Assembly (NCBI RefSeq): GCF_964355755.1
Contig: NC_092677.1
Coordinates: forward strand, 8,578,101-8,642,100
DNA: 64,000 nucleotides
Source of the DNA: Antedon mediterranea
Taxonomy: Eukaryota; Animalia; Echinodermata
Direction: 5' to 3'
The notes below the pieces were generated by a model, which saw only the letters and a list, made by a program, of their open reading frames with translations, was not told the DNA's origin and searched no databases. The position numbers and the translations under genes are program-made. Position 1 is the stretch's first letter. Each line of letters begins with the position of its first letter. Positions 1-12,352 of the stretch are shown piece after piece.

Positions 1-1
1 T

Positions 2-61
2 GGCCCAAGCAACAGTGGGGCTATAATACTACAACAACCCACACAGACATCTCATCAACAG
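2..61 (+). CDS. PKNOX: PKNOX/Prep TALE homeobox protein, internal exon (truncated by window start)
   Basis: Open frame GPSNSGAIILQQPTQTSHQQ ends at CAG|GTAAGA (phase 0) and joins the next exon in frame. Confidence 0.75.
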
Positions 62-549
62 GTAAGATCAATGTCTTCATTCCCCCTTGAATGGAGTTAA
101 TATGGCGCTAGGTATATTAGATTTCACTTAAGTGTATTTAAGAATTTTTATTAAGTGGTATTCACCTAGATAAAAAAATGTAAGACTTTTAAGGGGGTTT
201 TACTTAAACATGAATAGTAAACATGGACACTGTTGTCTCTATACTGTTCAGTCATGCATTTATTTATTTATTTTAAATTATTTTTCATAAAAGTATAGTA
301 TTGTTGGTTGGAATTCTTAGTAAATCTATTCATAATATGGTAACATAATAAGTTGAAACGGCTGGTGATAGATTTTCAATCACAAAAAGGAAAACAGGGA
401 CAGATTAAGTTTAATGTCTTCAAATTCTTGCAACTTGGGGATCACATGACTAGAGAGTACACCACTTATTTCTATTTTTGTTATTGCAAGCTGTTGTAAC
501 AAATTACATATGGTTACTATTCCATGTTTTCTTTCTAACTCTCCTATAG

Positions 550-942
550 GTTCAACAGCCACAAGTTCAAGCACTTCTCAACCATGCAGGTCAGGTCGTT
601 TACACTCCAGTGATTCCACAGGGAGTAATGACATCACAAGGAATAGTGACACAGGCTCTTCCAGGAACTGTACAAATACAAGCCACCCAACCACAAGCCT
701 TGAACCAACACCAACCAATTGTACCAATCATCCATGGCTCAACGCCAATCTCGCAAATTGGAATTCCTCCAACCGGAATCCAACAAGGAATGAACCAAAT
801 ACCAATATCACAAGCGAATCAAATGGCGTTAGGGCTGACGGATCCGTACGACGATATTATGAACCGTAAGAAAAATAAACGAGGAGTATTACCGAAACAT
901 GCAACTAATGTCATGAGGTCATGGCTTTTCCAACACATAGTA
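550..942 (+). CDS. PKNOX: PKNOX/Prep exon: Q-rich linker and homeodomain helix 1
   Basis: TATAG| acceptor; VQQPQ...KKNKRGVLPKHATNVMRSWLFQHIV; |GTAAGT donor at 943. KRGVLPKHAT is typical of PKNOX rather than MEIS or PBX. Confidence 0.95.
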
Positions 943-1480
943 GTAAGTATAGACAAATAAGTTTAAGTATTTTTAAATTTGTATAGTGCCCTCTCTTGTA
1001 AATTCTCCGTATATTTATCACTTTTCTGAAATGCGACCTCAATTTATAAAACTCTAGTATATAGAAAATGTATAACTAGTTAAAACTCATACAATGATCC
1101 CATGTATCAAAAGGTGTACACATCGTTAAATAAAGTAAATGACCTCTGGCCAGCTATAGAATTTAAACCAAACATTGTGCCACATCACGCTTAATGATAC
1201 AAAGTTGAGTACACATTAATACACAAGCCACACAGCAAATTAAAGGTTTGTTTATTAACAATCCATGTTCATTTACACAGGTCAAGGAACTGCACTTATA
1301 TTCTGTGTTTTATTAATGCCTGCATTATCTTTGAACCATGTTCATTAATATTTGGTACATCAAAGTTTATTGGTTTAATTTTGAATGTTGAGGTCAAGTG
1401 TCATACTGTGACAATATGAGTGTTGTAACATTGTTTTTATTGAAATATTTAATTATAATACATTTTTTTTTGTGTTTCAG

Positions 1481-1557
1481 CATCCTTATCCAACAGAAGA
1501 TGAAAAAAGGCAAATAGCACAACAAACAAATTTAACATTACTTCAAGTTAACAATTG
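1481..1557 (+). CDS. PKNOX: PKNOX/Prep exon: TALE loop, helices 2-3
   Basis: TTTCAG| [25 protein letters not shown](W) |GTAAGA. Confidence 0.96.
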
Positions 1558-1765
1558 GTAAGAACAGATTTTTATCTTTTTAATTTCCCCTAAAAATAAG
1601 TTTTTTGTTTCTGCAGTTACGTATGAGTACCGTTTTAATGTAGAAGTTTATGTTTATTAATTTTCTGCGATTATGTTTTTCATACGTAGTTTGTGTTTAG
1701 TACAAGTTTAGACCTTTCTTAATAGGAATATAACTAATACTTATCTTACATTTTATTGTTTTCAG

Positions 1766-1950
1766 GTTCATTAATGCAAGGCGGAGAATATTACAACCAA
1801 TGTTAGACGCTAGTAACCCAGAAGCAGCTAAAGTTAAGAAGAATAAAACACAAAGTCGTCCATCTAGTCAAAGATTCTGGCCCGAGTCATTAGCGAACTT
1901 CGGACAGGTGCGAGTAGGCTCAGAAGCACAGCAAACCAACACAACGAGTA
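1766..1950 (+). CDS. PKNOX: PKNOX/Prep exon: recognition helix and C-terminal region
   Basis: TTCAG| (W)FINARRRILQPMLDASNP...SQRFWPESLA...TNTTS |GTGAGT; contains the PKNOX-type QRFWP motif. Confidence 0.95.
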
Positions 1951-2242
1951 GTGAGTATTTTTGCCTCAATTAAGCCCTCCAAATCAAATTAGCAAAGTCT
2001 TTTTTTTGCTCAAAGAACTTTAAAACTTGGTAACCGATTCATTATATTTGTTTGACATAGACATTCACCATTGAATCGTAGACCGAAAAAAAAATGTAAC
2101 GCTTGGCTGTTGTATATGATGTCAGAACCGTGATACTCTATGGGAACAGCACATTAATTACTATTAAAACTTGTTGGAGTTACCTCTCTAGTTAATTGAG
2201 AACATCTTTGATTAATCAAACTTCTTACTTTCTTATCCTCAG

Positions 2243-2436
2243 GTGATGTTGTAACGTCAGCAGCCATTAGTTCAGGAGCAGCAGAAGCTATGGAGTCAAT
2301 GCAGGGAGAAGGAATGTCACCAAGAAGGTCGCCCTCAATAGATAACATGGTTGCAAATGGAAAAACGAACAGACAAAGCAGTTGCGTCTCTGATATGTCA
2401 TCAGATGACCTGGGTCTTCATGATGACTTGGAGTAA
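2243..2436 (+). CDS. PKNOX: PKNOX/Prep last coding exon
   Basis: Polypyrimidine tract and CTCAG acceptor; phase-1 join gives SDVVTSAAISSG...SSDDLGLHDDLE, stop TAA at 2434-2436; acidic tail. Confidence 0.8.
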
Positions 2437-3341
2437 CACATGACCATTGACGATTTAAAAGTGAACAATCAAAGGATGAGTATATATTATACTCATGATG
2501 TCATCAGTGGTGGGTGCTACATTGCGCTGTAATGATGAAATAGTTCAGCCCCTGGTGAAGAATAAATGGATGGATAATGTCATTGTCTGGCTGAAGCAGC
2601 CTGCAAATCAGATAACCAGATATGATGTTGATTATTTTTACCTGCCTGGAGATGATAAACCTGATAACATAAATTCCATCACATTCATTAACATAAATTT
2701 GATAACATCGTTTAATTTACCATTCAGTACATTTAATGGTATATAAACAATATCAAATTTAATTTTGTATTACAATTGTTTGTATAGAATGTGAAAAATT
2801 ACTGCAAATAAAATGCAGTCAAGAAAAATTCCGAAAGAATTAGTAAGCGATTAATCATTCCATTTTTAAAGGATATCTTTAAAATGATATTTTACGTCTT
2901 GTTTTAAACAAACAATTTTAAACAATAGATCATAAGTGAAAACTTTAGGTACCACATAAAATTGGTATTTTAGTTTGAAGGTAAGAGATCTATCATTTGC
3001 ATAGTGTAACTATTTTTCTAACAATATTTTATTATTTTTACTACTGTACACAATTGTTACAATAATTTCAACTAAAATTCGGCCTGCTGAATATTTAAAA
3101 AAAAAATAGAATTATGGTCTTTAAAAAGTTACCGAATTTTAGGTTTTAGAATCTAGTTTTTGAGACAATAAATGCTTGCAATAAATGTCGAACCAAGGTG
3201 TATGTCATGAAAACTTGGGGCCAAAAAAAAAATGTAACTTTGATTGAAATCATTGCTTTGCTTAAGTCAGTTTTCAAGTCCATTCCATGCGATATAAAAT
3301 AATTTTTTTGATAAAGCTTTAGCTTTTCACTTAACAATATA

Positions 3342-3873
3342 CAGTCAACTCTCCTAATACCGGACTCTCCCAAAACCGGAATTCACGAAAAACCGGACTT
3401 TTTTGGAGGGCCCAATTTGTCCCTATTCTAAATGTACTGTAATTTATTATGAAAACCGGAATACCCAATTCCGGAATCCGGACAAATTATGAAGTACAAA
3501 ACACGAAAATTAGCGTCTGAAAACCGGACGGACAGTTAAAAAACTCCAAATATTTACGAAAACAACGTAACATCGTCGTCGCTGACTCGGATTCAATACA
3601 TTCACAATATACAAAAGCTTTTATATTAAAGCTTAATATTAATAAAGTAGGCCTAGGCCTATCAGTATTTATTTAATTAAAACTAGCTTGACACAATCAT
3701 AGCCTAGGCCTTCCCTACGCTAGACCGCACCGGGCAGCATTCCGACCGGTGATTCAAAGCATTTTCAGTGACAACGTGATGACTTTAAAAATATGTTTTC
3801 AGGAAACCGGATTTTCGAAAAACCGGAAAATATATGCCCGCCCAAGGGTGTCCGGTATTGGGAGAGTTGACTG
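3342..3873. mobile_element. Tc1/mariner-pogo-type MITE
   Basis: 24-bp TIRs CAGTCAACTCTCCTAATACCGGAC / GTCCGGTATTGGGAGAGTTGACTG (1 mismatch), flanked by TA on both sides; repeated internal AAAACCGGA motifs; non-coding. Confidence 0.9.
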
Positions 3874-4353
3874 TACTGACTTAAGCAAAAATTTATAAAT
3901 AACAGCTCTGTGGCTATTTTCACCATTTAAACTTAGGCTAAGGGAAACACTTAAAATTAATCTCAAAATGAATACAATTTGAGTGAAATACTTAATATTT
4001 AAGTGAAGTATCTTACTAAAGTGTAATTGGTGAATATGTCAATAAATAATATATTTCAAATGGAATTTAATTTTATTTAATTTCATAATGGCTTATTATG
4101 ATCAATGGATTAGTAGAAGTAAAATATCATGAGGCGATATTATGTCATTTTTATCATGTGCAAATATATTATACTAACTTGTAAATTTTTAGGATTTTTT
4201 AAATAAAAAAAAAAACAAAAATAATTATCTTAATCATCTGAACTGACTTCTCGGATGTATTTTTTGTTCGTATCTCTTAAAATTATTTATGTTAATTAAA
4301 AATATAATGTATTCATATTAGTCTACTTAATTTTTAGAATTTCCAATAGTTAA

Positions 4354-4575
4354 AGATATATTGTTCCCCTAAAAACATGAAAAGTGAAGATTAATAAAAT
4401 AAAAAGACTGTTACTAGGCCATTTTGCAGTAAAAAATAATGACTATTTTTTGGGCTATGAATTACATATTTTCAAGTAAAACAATCTTTGATCCAATTTG
4501 TTGTCAAAATGAATAACTATTATGTGAATGATATAAAACATTAGAAAAACATTTTTTCAGGGGGACAATATATCT
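4354..4575. mobile_element. Degenerate Kolobok-like MITE
   Basis: TTAA|AGATATATTGTTCCCCT ... AGGGGGACAATATATCT; right TTAA is lost; same terminus family as 5488-6029 and the end at ~24756. Confidence 0.55.
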
Positions 4576-5487
4576 AAAACCTTTTTCTTATTAGTTGGTC
4601 AAAATGATATTGAATTGGATAGACAGTAGAATCCATTTTTTTAAACATAAAATGTATAAAGGGTTAAAAATCATGATACAGTATTTATTAAATAGCAATG
4701 TTTTAAACCATGTTGCATGTTAGCATATTATATTGGTAGCAGTGAATTGTATATTTTAATGAAATCAAAGCTCTATATAACATGTTTTCTTATGAATATG
4801 AATTCACACTACATTTGATTTGATAGTCAAAGAAAGAATTGTGGCCACGGTTGGAGTTCTATTCTGAGCCAAATTAGATTTTTTTGTGAATCACCATTCT
4901 GAGCAAAAATTAGATTTTTTTGTGAATCTCGTAAATAATGTTATGTAATGTTTTCTTAAAATGGTATACTATACTAGTTATTAAAGTAAATGAATTAAAT
5001 ATGTTGAGTAAAGTTAACTCTCCTAATGCCAAATGCCATTGCCTTAACATAATTTTTATAGTATTAAGGTTAGTATCAGGAGTAGTGCTAGGGGCACGCC
5101 TCGCCTCCCCTTTTAACAGCTAAAATGAAATTATGACCTTTTTTATATATATTTTTGACGGACTACTAATATTAGTGCTCCCTGGATCTCCACATGGTAA
5201 CGTAATTTTGACATGTTTTCCTAAAGACTTTGGCATGTTTGGACCTCTGAAAAAAGATTGTCCATTATTAGAAGAGTTGACTATAATATGAGTGCATAGC
5301 AAAACATGTAGCCTTTGGACATGAATTGTGACCCATGTATAGATTATTCATACTTTATTTTTTAATGTACTGGAATGCTTTTAATATTTTATTTGAAACA
5401 AATTCATATTTTGTATGAAAATTCCAAAGAAAATAAATATCTGATATATAGATATTGAACTATAAGTTGGTCTAGTAAATTTGTTAA

Positions 5488-6029
5488 AAATGTATTGTCC
5501 CTTTGACTAATTCCAAAAAAAATATTTAAAAAAAGATTTCGAAAAAAAGTGGGTAATTTTGAAGTATCGTAATAGTTATTAACTTCCACCAAAAATTAGT
5601 CCAAAAAAAAATCATTTAACTGATATACAGACACTTTTTTTTAATAACTTTGACTTCCAGTCAAAGTTTTCAATCTAAACATATCTTATAATGCAACGCC
5701 CTTGTTTGGCTACTCTGTATACATAATCATAAAACTTTCTCGCGCTCTGTGTGAGAACACCTTCTCAACCGTGACGAGTTGTAAACAATCCTAATTAGCA
5801 TCATGCATAATGCAAACTCGTGGTTTGAAATCTTTGTTTACTTTTGCTCGTGACGATTTTCCATACAAAATGTAATCAAATTAATTTACCTGTTAATTAC
5901 GTAAACTTGTTGTTTTTGGCTTGAAATTTCGACTTCTAAGTGAATAACTTCAATATACTTTGATATGGTCAATTTAAATTTAGAATATTTTGACTTTCAT
6001 TTTTTTGTGTTTTAAGGGACAATACATCT
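5488..6029. mobile_element. Kolobok-like MITE
   Basis: TTAA|AAATGTATTGTCCCTT ... AAGGGACAATACATCT|TTAA; TTAA TSD and purine-purine terminus. Confidence 0.7.
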
Positions 6030-7383
6030 TTAAGCTATTGAACAAGTTAAGCCTGTTTTCCACTAGGAGAATTCATTCATGCGTATCAAACATTCTCAAG
6101 CTCTGATTGGTTGCACATGAAATAAGTACATGATAAATGCAGTGGATGTATTGTATGAATAGAGCACATAAACTAACATGGGTTTTCCCCTGTGTGATGA
6201 TCATGCAGTGGCTATAGTGAGTAGTCTAATCAGCATTTGCTCAGTCAAGGCCAAAGCGAGATAAGGAAAAGATGTTAAATATAATTATTAATATAAAAAA
6301 TTAAATAACTACCAACCGATGATCTGAATAGGGTATTAGTTGGGTCCCATCAGTTTAATTGGGGTTCTATAACTGTATACTGTAGTTGACTGGCATGTAT
6401 TTAAATATGTGGCCTAATTGTTTTCCATCCTGCTAAGTAAACTGACATTACATTGCAAATTTTAAATACCAGTCACAATTGCCTTATGACTCGGTTCACT
6501 TACAGTAGTCCTTGTGTTTACACAATTAAACAATACAACCGATTAAAACAATGAGTTTTTCTTTATTAAACAATTTATTAAATAATATTCACTGAAAACC
6601 ACAGAGGATTTAAATTAGGCTGATTTAATTCCTCCATGGAAAAACAAAAACATTTTTTTTTATTTCTTTAAATAGTGCATCTCCCTCAAAATGAAAAAAT
6701 CATGCATTGTAGACAACATAATAGTTTGCTCGTAGGAAAAGTGACTAACTGCTACAGCTCAACCTTGCCCAGAAAGCTTCAAGTTCATTTACTAGGTGGG
6801 GACCAGTCTATACAAGCCCAAGTAATATAAATTTCCTATTCAAGTTTGCAGCATCAAATGACCTAAAATTGTCTTCAAATACTAATACGCAGTTAACAAT
6901 TTCCATAATTTTAACTTAAAATCACAAATACATGAAATAAATAAATCTATCAATCTGCCAACTCTCTAGATTATAAAGAAATGTACAAAAAACAAATATT
7001 GAATGTTTCTACGCTTTAAATTTCCATTAAAATTTCCAAAAGTATATTTACACCTATTTATTAAATACTTTCATAGAAGGAAATTCTTCAATAAATTCAA
7101 TAGAAGAAACAAATAGTACATTATTTTGTTTATATTGGTCACATGATTTAAATTATGCAGGTACAATTAACTATTATCTCGGATAATAAATGCGATAAAA
7201 TCTAGAAATTGCCTTTTTAAGGTATTTGAGCCTTAAATTTCAAACTAAGTTGCATGTAAAGTGCCCTCTAATTTGTTTTAGTTTTTGGCCTAGTATAGTA
7301 TTTTTATTATACACCATTTTTTCAACTGATACTATGGTTGGGCAATATAAACACTTTTAAAAGGCTTTATTATGGATATATCT

Positions 7384-7491
7384 AAAGCTCTATCTACACT
7401 TTATGTGAGTGTCCATATATGGATATGATGACGTCATATCACTACCACATTTGGGCACTTTACACTAGTTTAATAGTGTTGACAGAGATTT
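7384..7491. mobile_element. Short MITE (Harbinger-like) in the nicastrin 3' region; related partial copy at ~13571-13655
   Basis: AAAGCTCTATCTACACT ... AGTGTTGACAGAGATTT imperfect TIRs; the internal GATGACGTCATATCACTACCA(C/T)ATTTGG segment recurs, with small differences, in nicastrin intron 4. Confidence 0.6.
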
Positions 7492-7667
7492 AGTTTGAGT
7501 TATGAGACATAAACACTTGATGATTCAAACCAAGCATTTTGTAAAGCATATAAAATTATGTGCGTATTCCATCACAAAGTTGACTGTTTGTCTCTTTTAT
7601 ACTTTTCCTGGTGTAACACCTGATTAGGACTCAAGGTTAAACAAAAGTACTGCTTCATACTCATTCT

Positions 7668-7766
7668 TTACTCCCTGTTAAAGATGGTTGATCCCTTAGC
7701 ATTCAGGAAGTAGATAAGTGGAAACGATATTAGCATGATGACCATTCCAATTGAAAATATTAGCGA
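7668..7766 (-). CDS. NCSTN: Nicastrin exon 14 (TM helix, cytoplasmic tail, stop)
   Basis: SLIFSIGMVIMLISFPLIYFLNAKGSTIFNRE*; TTTCAG acceptor. Confidence 0.9.
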   Translation of the reverse strand, partial: SLIFSIGMVIMLISFPLIYFLNAKGSTIFNRE

Positions 7767-7992
7767 CTGAAAGAAAAACAAAAATATTAAATATAGAAGC
7801 TATACGTAAGTGATTTGACCAATCACACCAATTGCAGCTGTCTCAACTTATTTCATTTTGTTGAAACACATGTTGTACCCTACTAGTGTTTATTTTCTTC
7901 ATACTTTTTGTATTACGTACATTTCAAGTATTTTTTAAATGCAATTCTTTGACCTGCTACTTCCTACCTACTAAATCAATCATTTTTTTTAC

Positions 7993-8202
7993 CTCCTGCT
8001 CACGGCTTGGTTTTAAGAATAATCTAGCAGTATAAGCGTTCCATACACTCTCAGTCCATGTTGAGTATTTCTCAGAACTCCACTGAGGAAAGTCTTCAAC
8101 ATCCTCCACAAATGCAGGAGATACAGCAATTGTATAGCCAGTGGCACTTTGTACACATATACCATTCAAGTTTGGACCTTGCATATATGAAAAACTATAC
8201 AT
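7993..8202 (-). CDS. NCSTN: Nicastrin exon 13
   Basis: MYSFSYMQGP...AVSPAF...YSTWTESVW...ARLFLKPSREQE; YSTWTESxW is the conserved nicastrin juxtamembrane motif. Confidence 0.95.
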
Positions 8203-8574
8203 CTAGATAAAAAGAATAGGTCATTGTGGGTTGGCAGGTATTATTTGTTGACACACGCACAATGTAGGGTTGAGGCAGGGTCACCGAATTTTAGAGTCTT
8301 TTACCAACCTAAAGCTAAGTTCACACTAAGCCCGGATCCGATCTAGTCTGGTGGTTGGTTTAAAATTTGAGTGTAGTGTTTAAGAATACAAGATTCATAC
8401 AACAGATTCTGCATAAAACATGTGTGTGATTGAAAAAAACTTCATTGCTCTCCACGCATTGATTGATATGTTTCTAAGTCGTCAGTAGTCACAAATCAAA
8501 AGCTCCCTAATACCATTGTGATGTACAATCTGAACATGCATTATTCATAAATAAAAAATTATTTTTATGCATAC

Positions 8575-8729
8575 CTCATTTTCATCATCATTTTTACATT
8601 TATCTTTATCTTCTTTATCAATGTTTTTGATGTCAAGTGCTATAAAGTATGATAAAAGATTATGTACCAATTTTACATAATTGCTGGTGGTACGGTGCAC
8701 TCCAATATAGAATTGATAAGGCACATCAG
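8575..8729 (-). CDS. NCSTN: Nicastrin exon 12
   Basis: (S)DVPYQFYIGVHRTTSNYVKLVHNLLSYFIA...KCKNDDENE; AG/GT ends, phases match neighbours. Confidence 0.88.
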
Positions 8730-9298
8730 CTAAAAAAATGAGAAAAAAACAACCTTTTGTTAGAAAAAATTAATAATCATCAGAATGGAAGGATTGTCTT
8801 CCCTTTAAACTATGCTTTATCTCCACATGTAAAATTATTAGGCAAATATTGTATCATGAAAAATAGGTTAATTCTAGAAGGAACAATTATACAGCCTTCA
8901 TGTGTCCACACATGTGTATCACAGAATTTACCTCGAGAGGAGATTCATCGTGAGCTAACTTACACACATACAGTTAAGACAAGGAATGGCCTGGTTTAAT
9001 GTTTTAAAAGTAATATATATGCATTATTATTACAAAATGTCAACAATTGAAGGGAATGGGTCTTTAATCAGCCTGATATAGGGGGCTAATTTAGTTTACT
9101 GAGGTAACCCCCTACTCGAATGATGAACTGGGTACATACTTTTAAACTATGCACACTACTGTTTAAAGTCCGAAAAATTTGTTCCACTTGTTAGGAGTGC
9201 CCGATATTAATGGCTTATTAGGTATGTTAAACAGCGCCCCTGCCTTAACCGCTTGACCCACTTATTATTACTTTCTTTGCATAATGTTGTGTACTTAC

Positions 9299-9386
9299 AT
9301 AATACATTAGAATCTTCCTCATCTAGAACAGACTGAAATAATCTACATGTAGGTTTATATAGGAAACAATAAATGAGTTCACCAGT
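9299..9386 (-). CDS. NCSTN: Nicastrin exon 11
   Basis: TGELIYCFLYKPTCRLFQSVLDEEDSNVL; CACAG acceptor, GTAAGT donor. Confidence 0.9.
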
Positions 9387-9754
9387 CTGTGGAGAAAACA
9401 AAACATATATATTATTTTAATTTCTTGTATTCATACAGCATTTTATATTTTAATCTTTGCTTGATTAATGCCTGTGACAGATCTAGAAATGTTACAAGTT
9501 TAATAAAAATGTACAGAAACTATAGAACAATGGATCCCACGCAGGTACAAAAAAAAAAAAAATGTACAAATAATAACAAAACCAATATATACTATATATT
9601 TTATTTCATATTTAATTCCTTATAAAAATGTCATAAATGTAATTCAAAAACTATGATTAAAGCATGTGAATTTACTCACAATATGTAAATAAAAGTTAAA
9701 AAAATACCCTGTTAAATACATAAAACAGTCATTTGTGTATTAAGCAGTACTTAC

Positions 9755-9859
9755 AATAGAATGGTTTGCAGTAGTTAAATTATATGCTTCATCAGATGTG
9801 CTACCACCAGCTTCTAAATACAATGCTTTAGCAATACCAGTTGCTACATTATTTAAATT
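9755..9859 (-). CDS. NCSTN: Nicastrin exon 10
   Basis: NLNNVATGIAKALYLEAGG...TTANHSI; TTTCAG acceptor, GTAAGT donor. Confidence 0.9.
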
Positions 9860-10170
9860 CTGAAAAGCAAATAAAATATTCTTTATATTATCAATAATCA
9901 TTGTATTTATTTTATTTCCAAATCCAACCAACAGCCAGAAATTCCAAGCCACTTATAGTGGTCTAGAAAAGCTGACATCAAAACCAAAAAAATCCATGTA
10001 AAAGTCTTGATTTTTCGGCCCTTAATAATAACCCTGTATTCATTATTACTGAGTATCAACACACTGCAGAACAGTGGTAACAACAAATAACAACTTCAAT
10101 GTACTACATTGTAAATCAAATTTCAAATATATAATTAAACACATTAGTACAAACACACCTACAATCAAAT

Positions 10171-10280
10171 ACCCGTTTCACATTGCCTAGAAAACGCTGG
10201 AGTTTAAACACACCTCATGGTGTCAACAACTGGTGTGGATTCTGGTGTGTGTAAACTCTTTGCTAGGCGATGTGAAAGGT
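10171..10280. mobile_element. 110-bp palindromic MITE in nicastrin intron 9
   Basis: CGTTTCACATTGCCTAG ... CTAGGCGATGTGAAAGG inverted ends; inner arms TTTAAACACACC / GGTGTGTGTAAA are also complementary. Confidence 0.65.
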
Positions 10281-10313
10281 GAAAATTAACACATTTTAGA
10301 ATGTTGTACATAC

Positions 10314-10401
10314 ATCTGTTAGAACACCTTCTGTTTCTTCTTGTCCATCTGTGAAATTTAATCCTAGAAGCGCCGCCACTTCAAAACGACTGTTATAAAA
10401 T
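10314..10401 (-). CDS. NCSTN: Nicastrin exon 9
   Basis: (R)FYNSRFEVAALLGLNFTDGQEETEGVLTD; equivalent to the Y-Y-x-S-x-Y-D region. Confidence 0.88.
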
Positions 10402-10433
10402 CTAAAATATAGAAAAGACTAATTATTATTACC

Positions 10434-10612
10434 ACGTCCTTTGAATAAGACGTAAAGCTGTTGGTCCCGTGTAAATAAAGTGCATGTTACAGAACATGGT
10501 ACTGTATACTATTTGAAAACAGGTTTGGATTGTCGCCGAGTGTGCTGATACGAGTAGGCAGTGGTGGTTGGCGCTAGCTGCACTGATGGCTGCCATTGGT
10601 CTGTGGAAAGCC
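10434..10612 (+). mobile_element. SINE fragment with Deu-domain-like core
   Basis: GAATAAGACGTAAAGCTGTTGGTCCCGTGT...ACTATTTGAAAACAGG...CGCCGAGTGTGCTG resembles the DeuSINE central domain. Recognised from memory, not aligned. Confidence 0.5.
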
Positions 10613-10696
10613 TAATTTAAACGCTGTCACTTTTTCGGTTTAACTTGAGGATAATTTTAAGGGTATTGTATTGTTTGAAGGTTTGCATGGCATATG

Positions 10697-10849
10697 TCGA
10701 TATAAAGTTTGCGATACACCACATACATACAGTTTTGCAAAGAACTGTCGAGTTTCTCAACAATCTCACTTCTGAAACGTCAAGAAACTCAACAGTTTTT
10801 TTTTCACAAATATATATATATACGTGGTGTACCGCAAACTTTATATCGA
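10697..10849. repeat. 153-bp near-perfect inverted repeat in nicastrin intron 8
   Basis: TCGATATAAAGTTTGCGATACACCAC / GTGGTGTACCGCAAACTTTATATCGA outer arms; AACTGTCGAGTTTCT / AGAAACTCAACAGTT inner arms. Confidence 0.85.
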
Positions 10850-10959
10850 GATAAAGGTATTGATTATACAATAATTTACCTTTCGACATTAACCATATTT
10901 ACAAAAAACTTTATTACAGAAAAAGATTATCAGAATTTAAAGAAGAGAGAGATAAGCAC

Positions 10960-11126
10960 CTGTTATTATATTCTCTTTGATGATCAGATATTACAACACC
11001 TGGGATGGTGTTATCTTCACGTAAAAAGCTTTGAAATGACGCTGGTGGCAGGCCTTGTCCATCAGGAGCCTTTTCTAGTTTTACTTCTGTAGACTCAAAA
11101 CCAATTTTTAAATTGTTGATAAATTC
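10960..11126 (-). CDS. NCSTN: Nicastrin exon 8
   Basis: EFINNLK...GQGLPPASFQSFLREDNTIPGVVISDHQREYNN(R); LPPxSxxxFL and GVVxxDH motifs. Confidence 0.93.
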
Positions 11127-11553
11127 CTAGAAAAAAAAACATCATATATACATTTGAAATGAATGAAATACTACTGTAGCCTAGCAATACTGCTGAAATG
11201 AAAAAAAAAGAACAAAAAACAAGAAAATTTCAACCGAACTTGAATATTCTGATTAGTGTATGCACACGGCACAAAAAACTAAATTTGAACTTTATAGTAT
11301 GCTAATGTGATTGAATAGGAAATCTGGCAATGGGATGTAAAGTCGTTAGTCCTATGCACATACATCACGCATTTACACTATAAAAAATGAGTAGGGAATC
11401 ATCTCTGTGTGCTGACCATGGTAGGCACTGCGATGAAGTTAGATCAGAGAAGGCGCTGCACTGTGTCTGCCGTGAGTTCATAGTTCGCAAATTCAAATTT
11501 CTTGTTATACAACGACAATTACATTTTGTAAAACATCACTCAATTATACTTAC

Positions 11554-11760
11554 ACTCGTTTTGCTTGAAGGTGTTTTGTCGTGATGCGCATAGTATTTCT
11601 CGTTGTCTGGTAGACCTAGCTGCCTAAGCTCCAGAAACATTGCAATATTTGTGAGATTTACTAAAGCTGGTTGCTCCTTTGCTTTGTTCATTTTCACGGG
11701 ATATTGTCCTCTTAACATATCGAATACAGTTCGTGATGAGCCAATGTAGTCATAACTTTC
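11554..11760 (-). CDS. NCSTN: Nicastrin exon 7 (DYIGS motif)
   Basis: ESYDYIGSSRTVFDMLRGQYP...FLELRQLG...; diagnostic DYIGS. Confidence 0.96.
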
Positions 11761-12352
11761 CTGAATTTATACAATAATTATAGTAATTTATAAGGGGAAC
11801 ATTTGTCAGAATGATTCCACTGCAGTGTTTAATCATGATTTTGGGAGTTAACACACTTTAATACTTTTAGTGACAGAGCCTCGTAAATCTATACAAACTA
11901 AAATTATACTTTATTGCAGTAAAAAAAAAATTTGGTGGCATGATTTTGACATGATCTCTAAACATACACATTAACATTTCTGCACCAACATTTTTGTATA
12001 TATACGTAAAATATTAAAAATTTATTATATTTCATTTACGTATATCCAAATTCAAGCAAATGTTTAATTATTTTGTGTACAGTATATCTATTTATTGATG
12101 ATTTTAATAATTTGTGTTTTGCTATATTACTAAGTTGAATGGAATATTATAGCATAGAAATGTTTGTGTTGTTCTTGTGTTGTTTTAGTGCTTTCTTTGT
12201 TGGTGCAAATTTTCTGTACTGTATTTTTATTTATATATGATGATATGCCAGTTTTTCAAACAAAATTCTTTTTAATGGACAAAATAAAGATACTATGACT
12301 ATAGTGATAGGTGACAGAGAGAAGCGTATTAAAATGTTTTTTTTAAACTTAC

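Noticed and set aside
510-869. 119-aa ORF, and the antisense ORFs over PKNOX and nicastrin exons
   Set aside because: Alternative-frame or antisense shadows of real exons.
2438-2500. SECIS-like AUGA...AA...GA and a small hairpin after the PKNOX stop
   Set aside because: The gene ends in TAA with no in-frame TGA in the visible exons; the helix is poor.
4861-4928. 32-bp tandem duplication
   Set aside because: Ordinary local slippage; no further structure.
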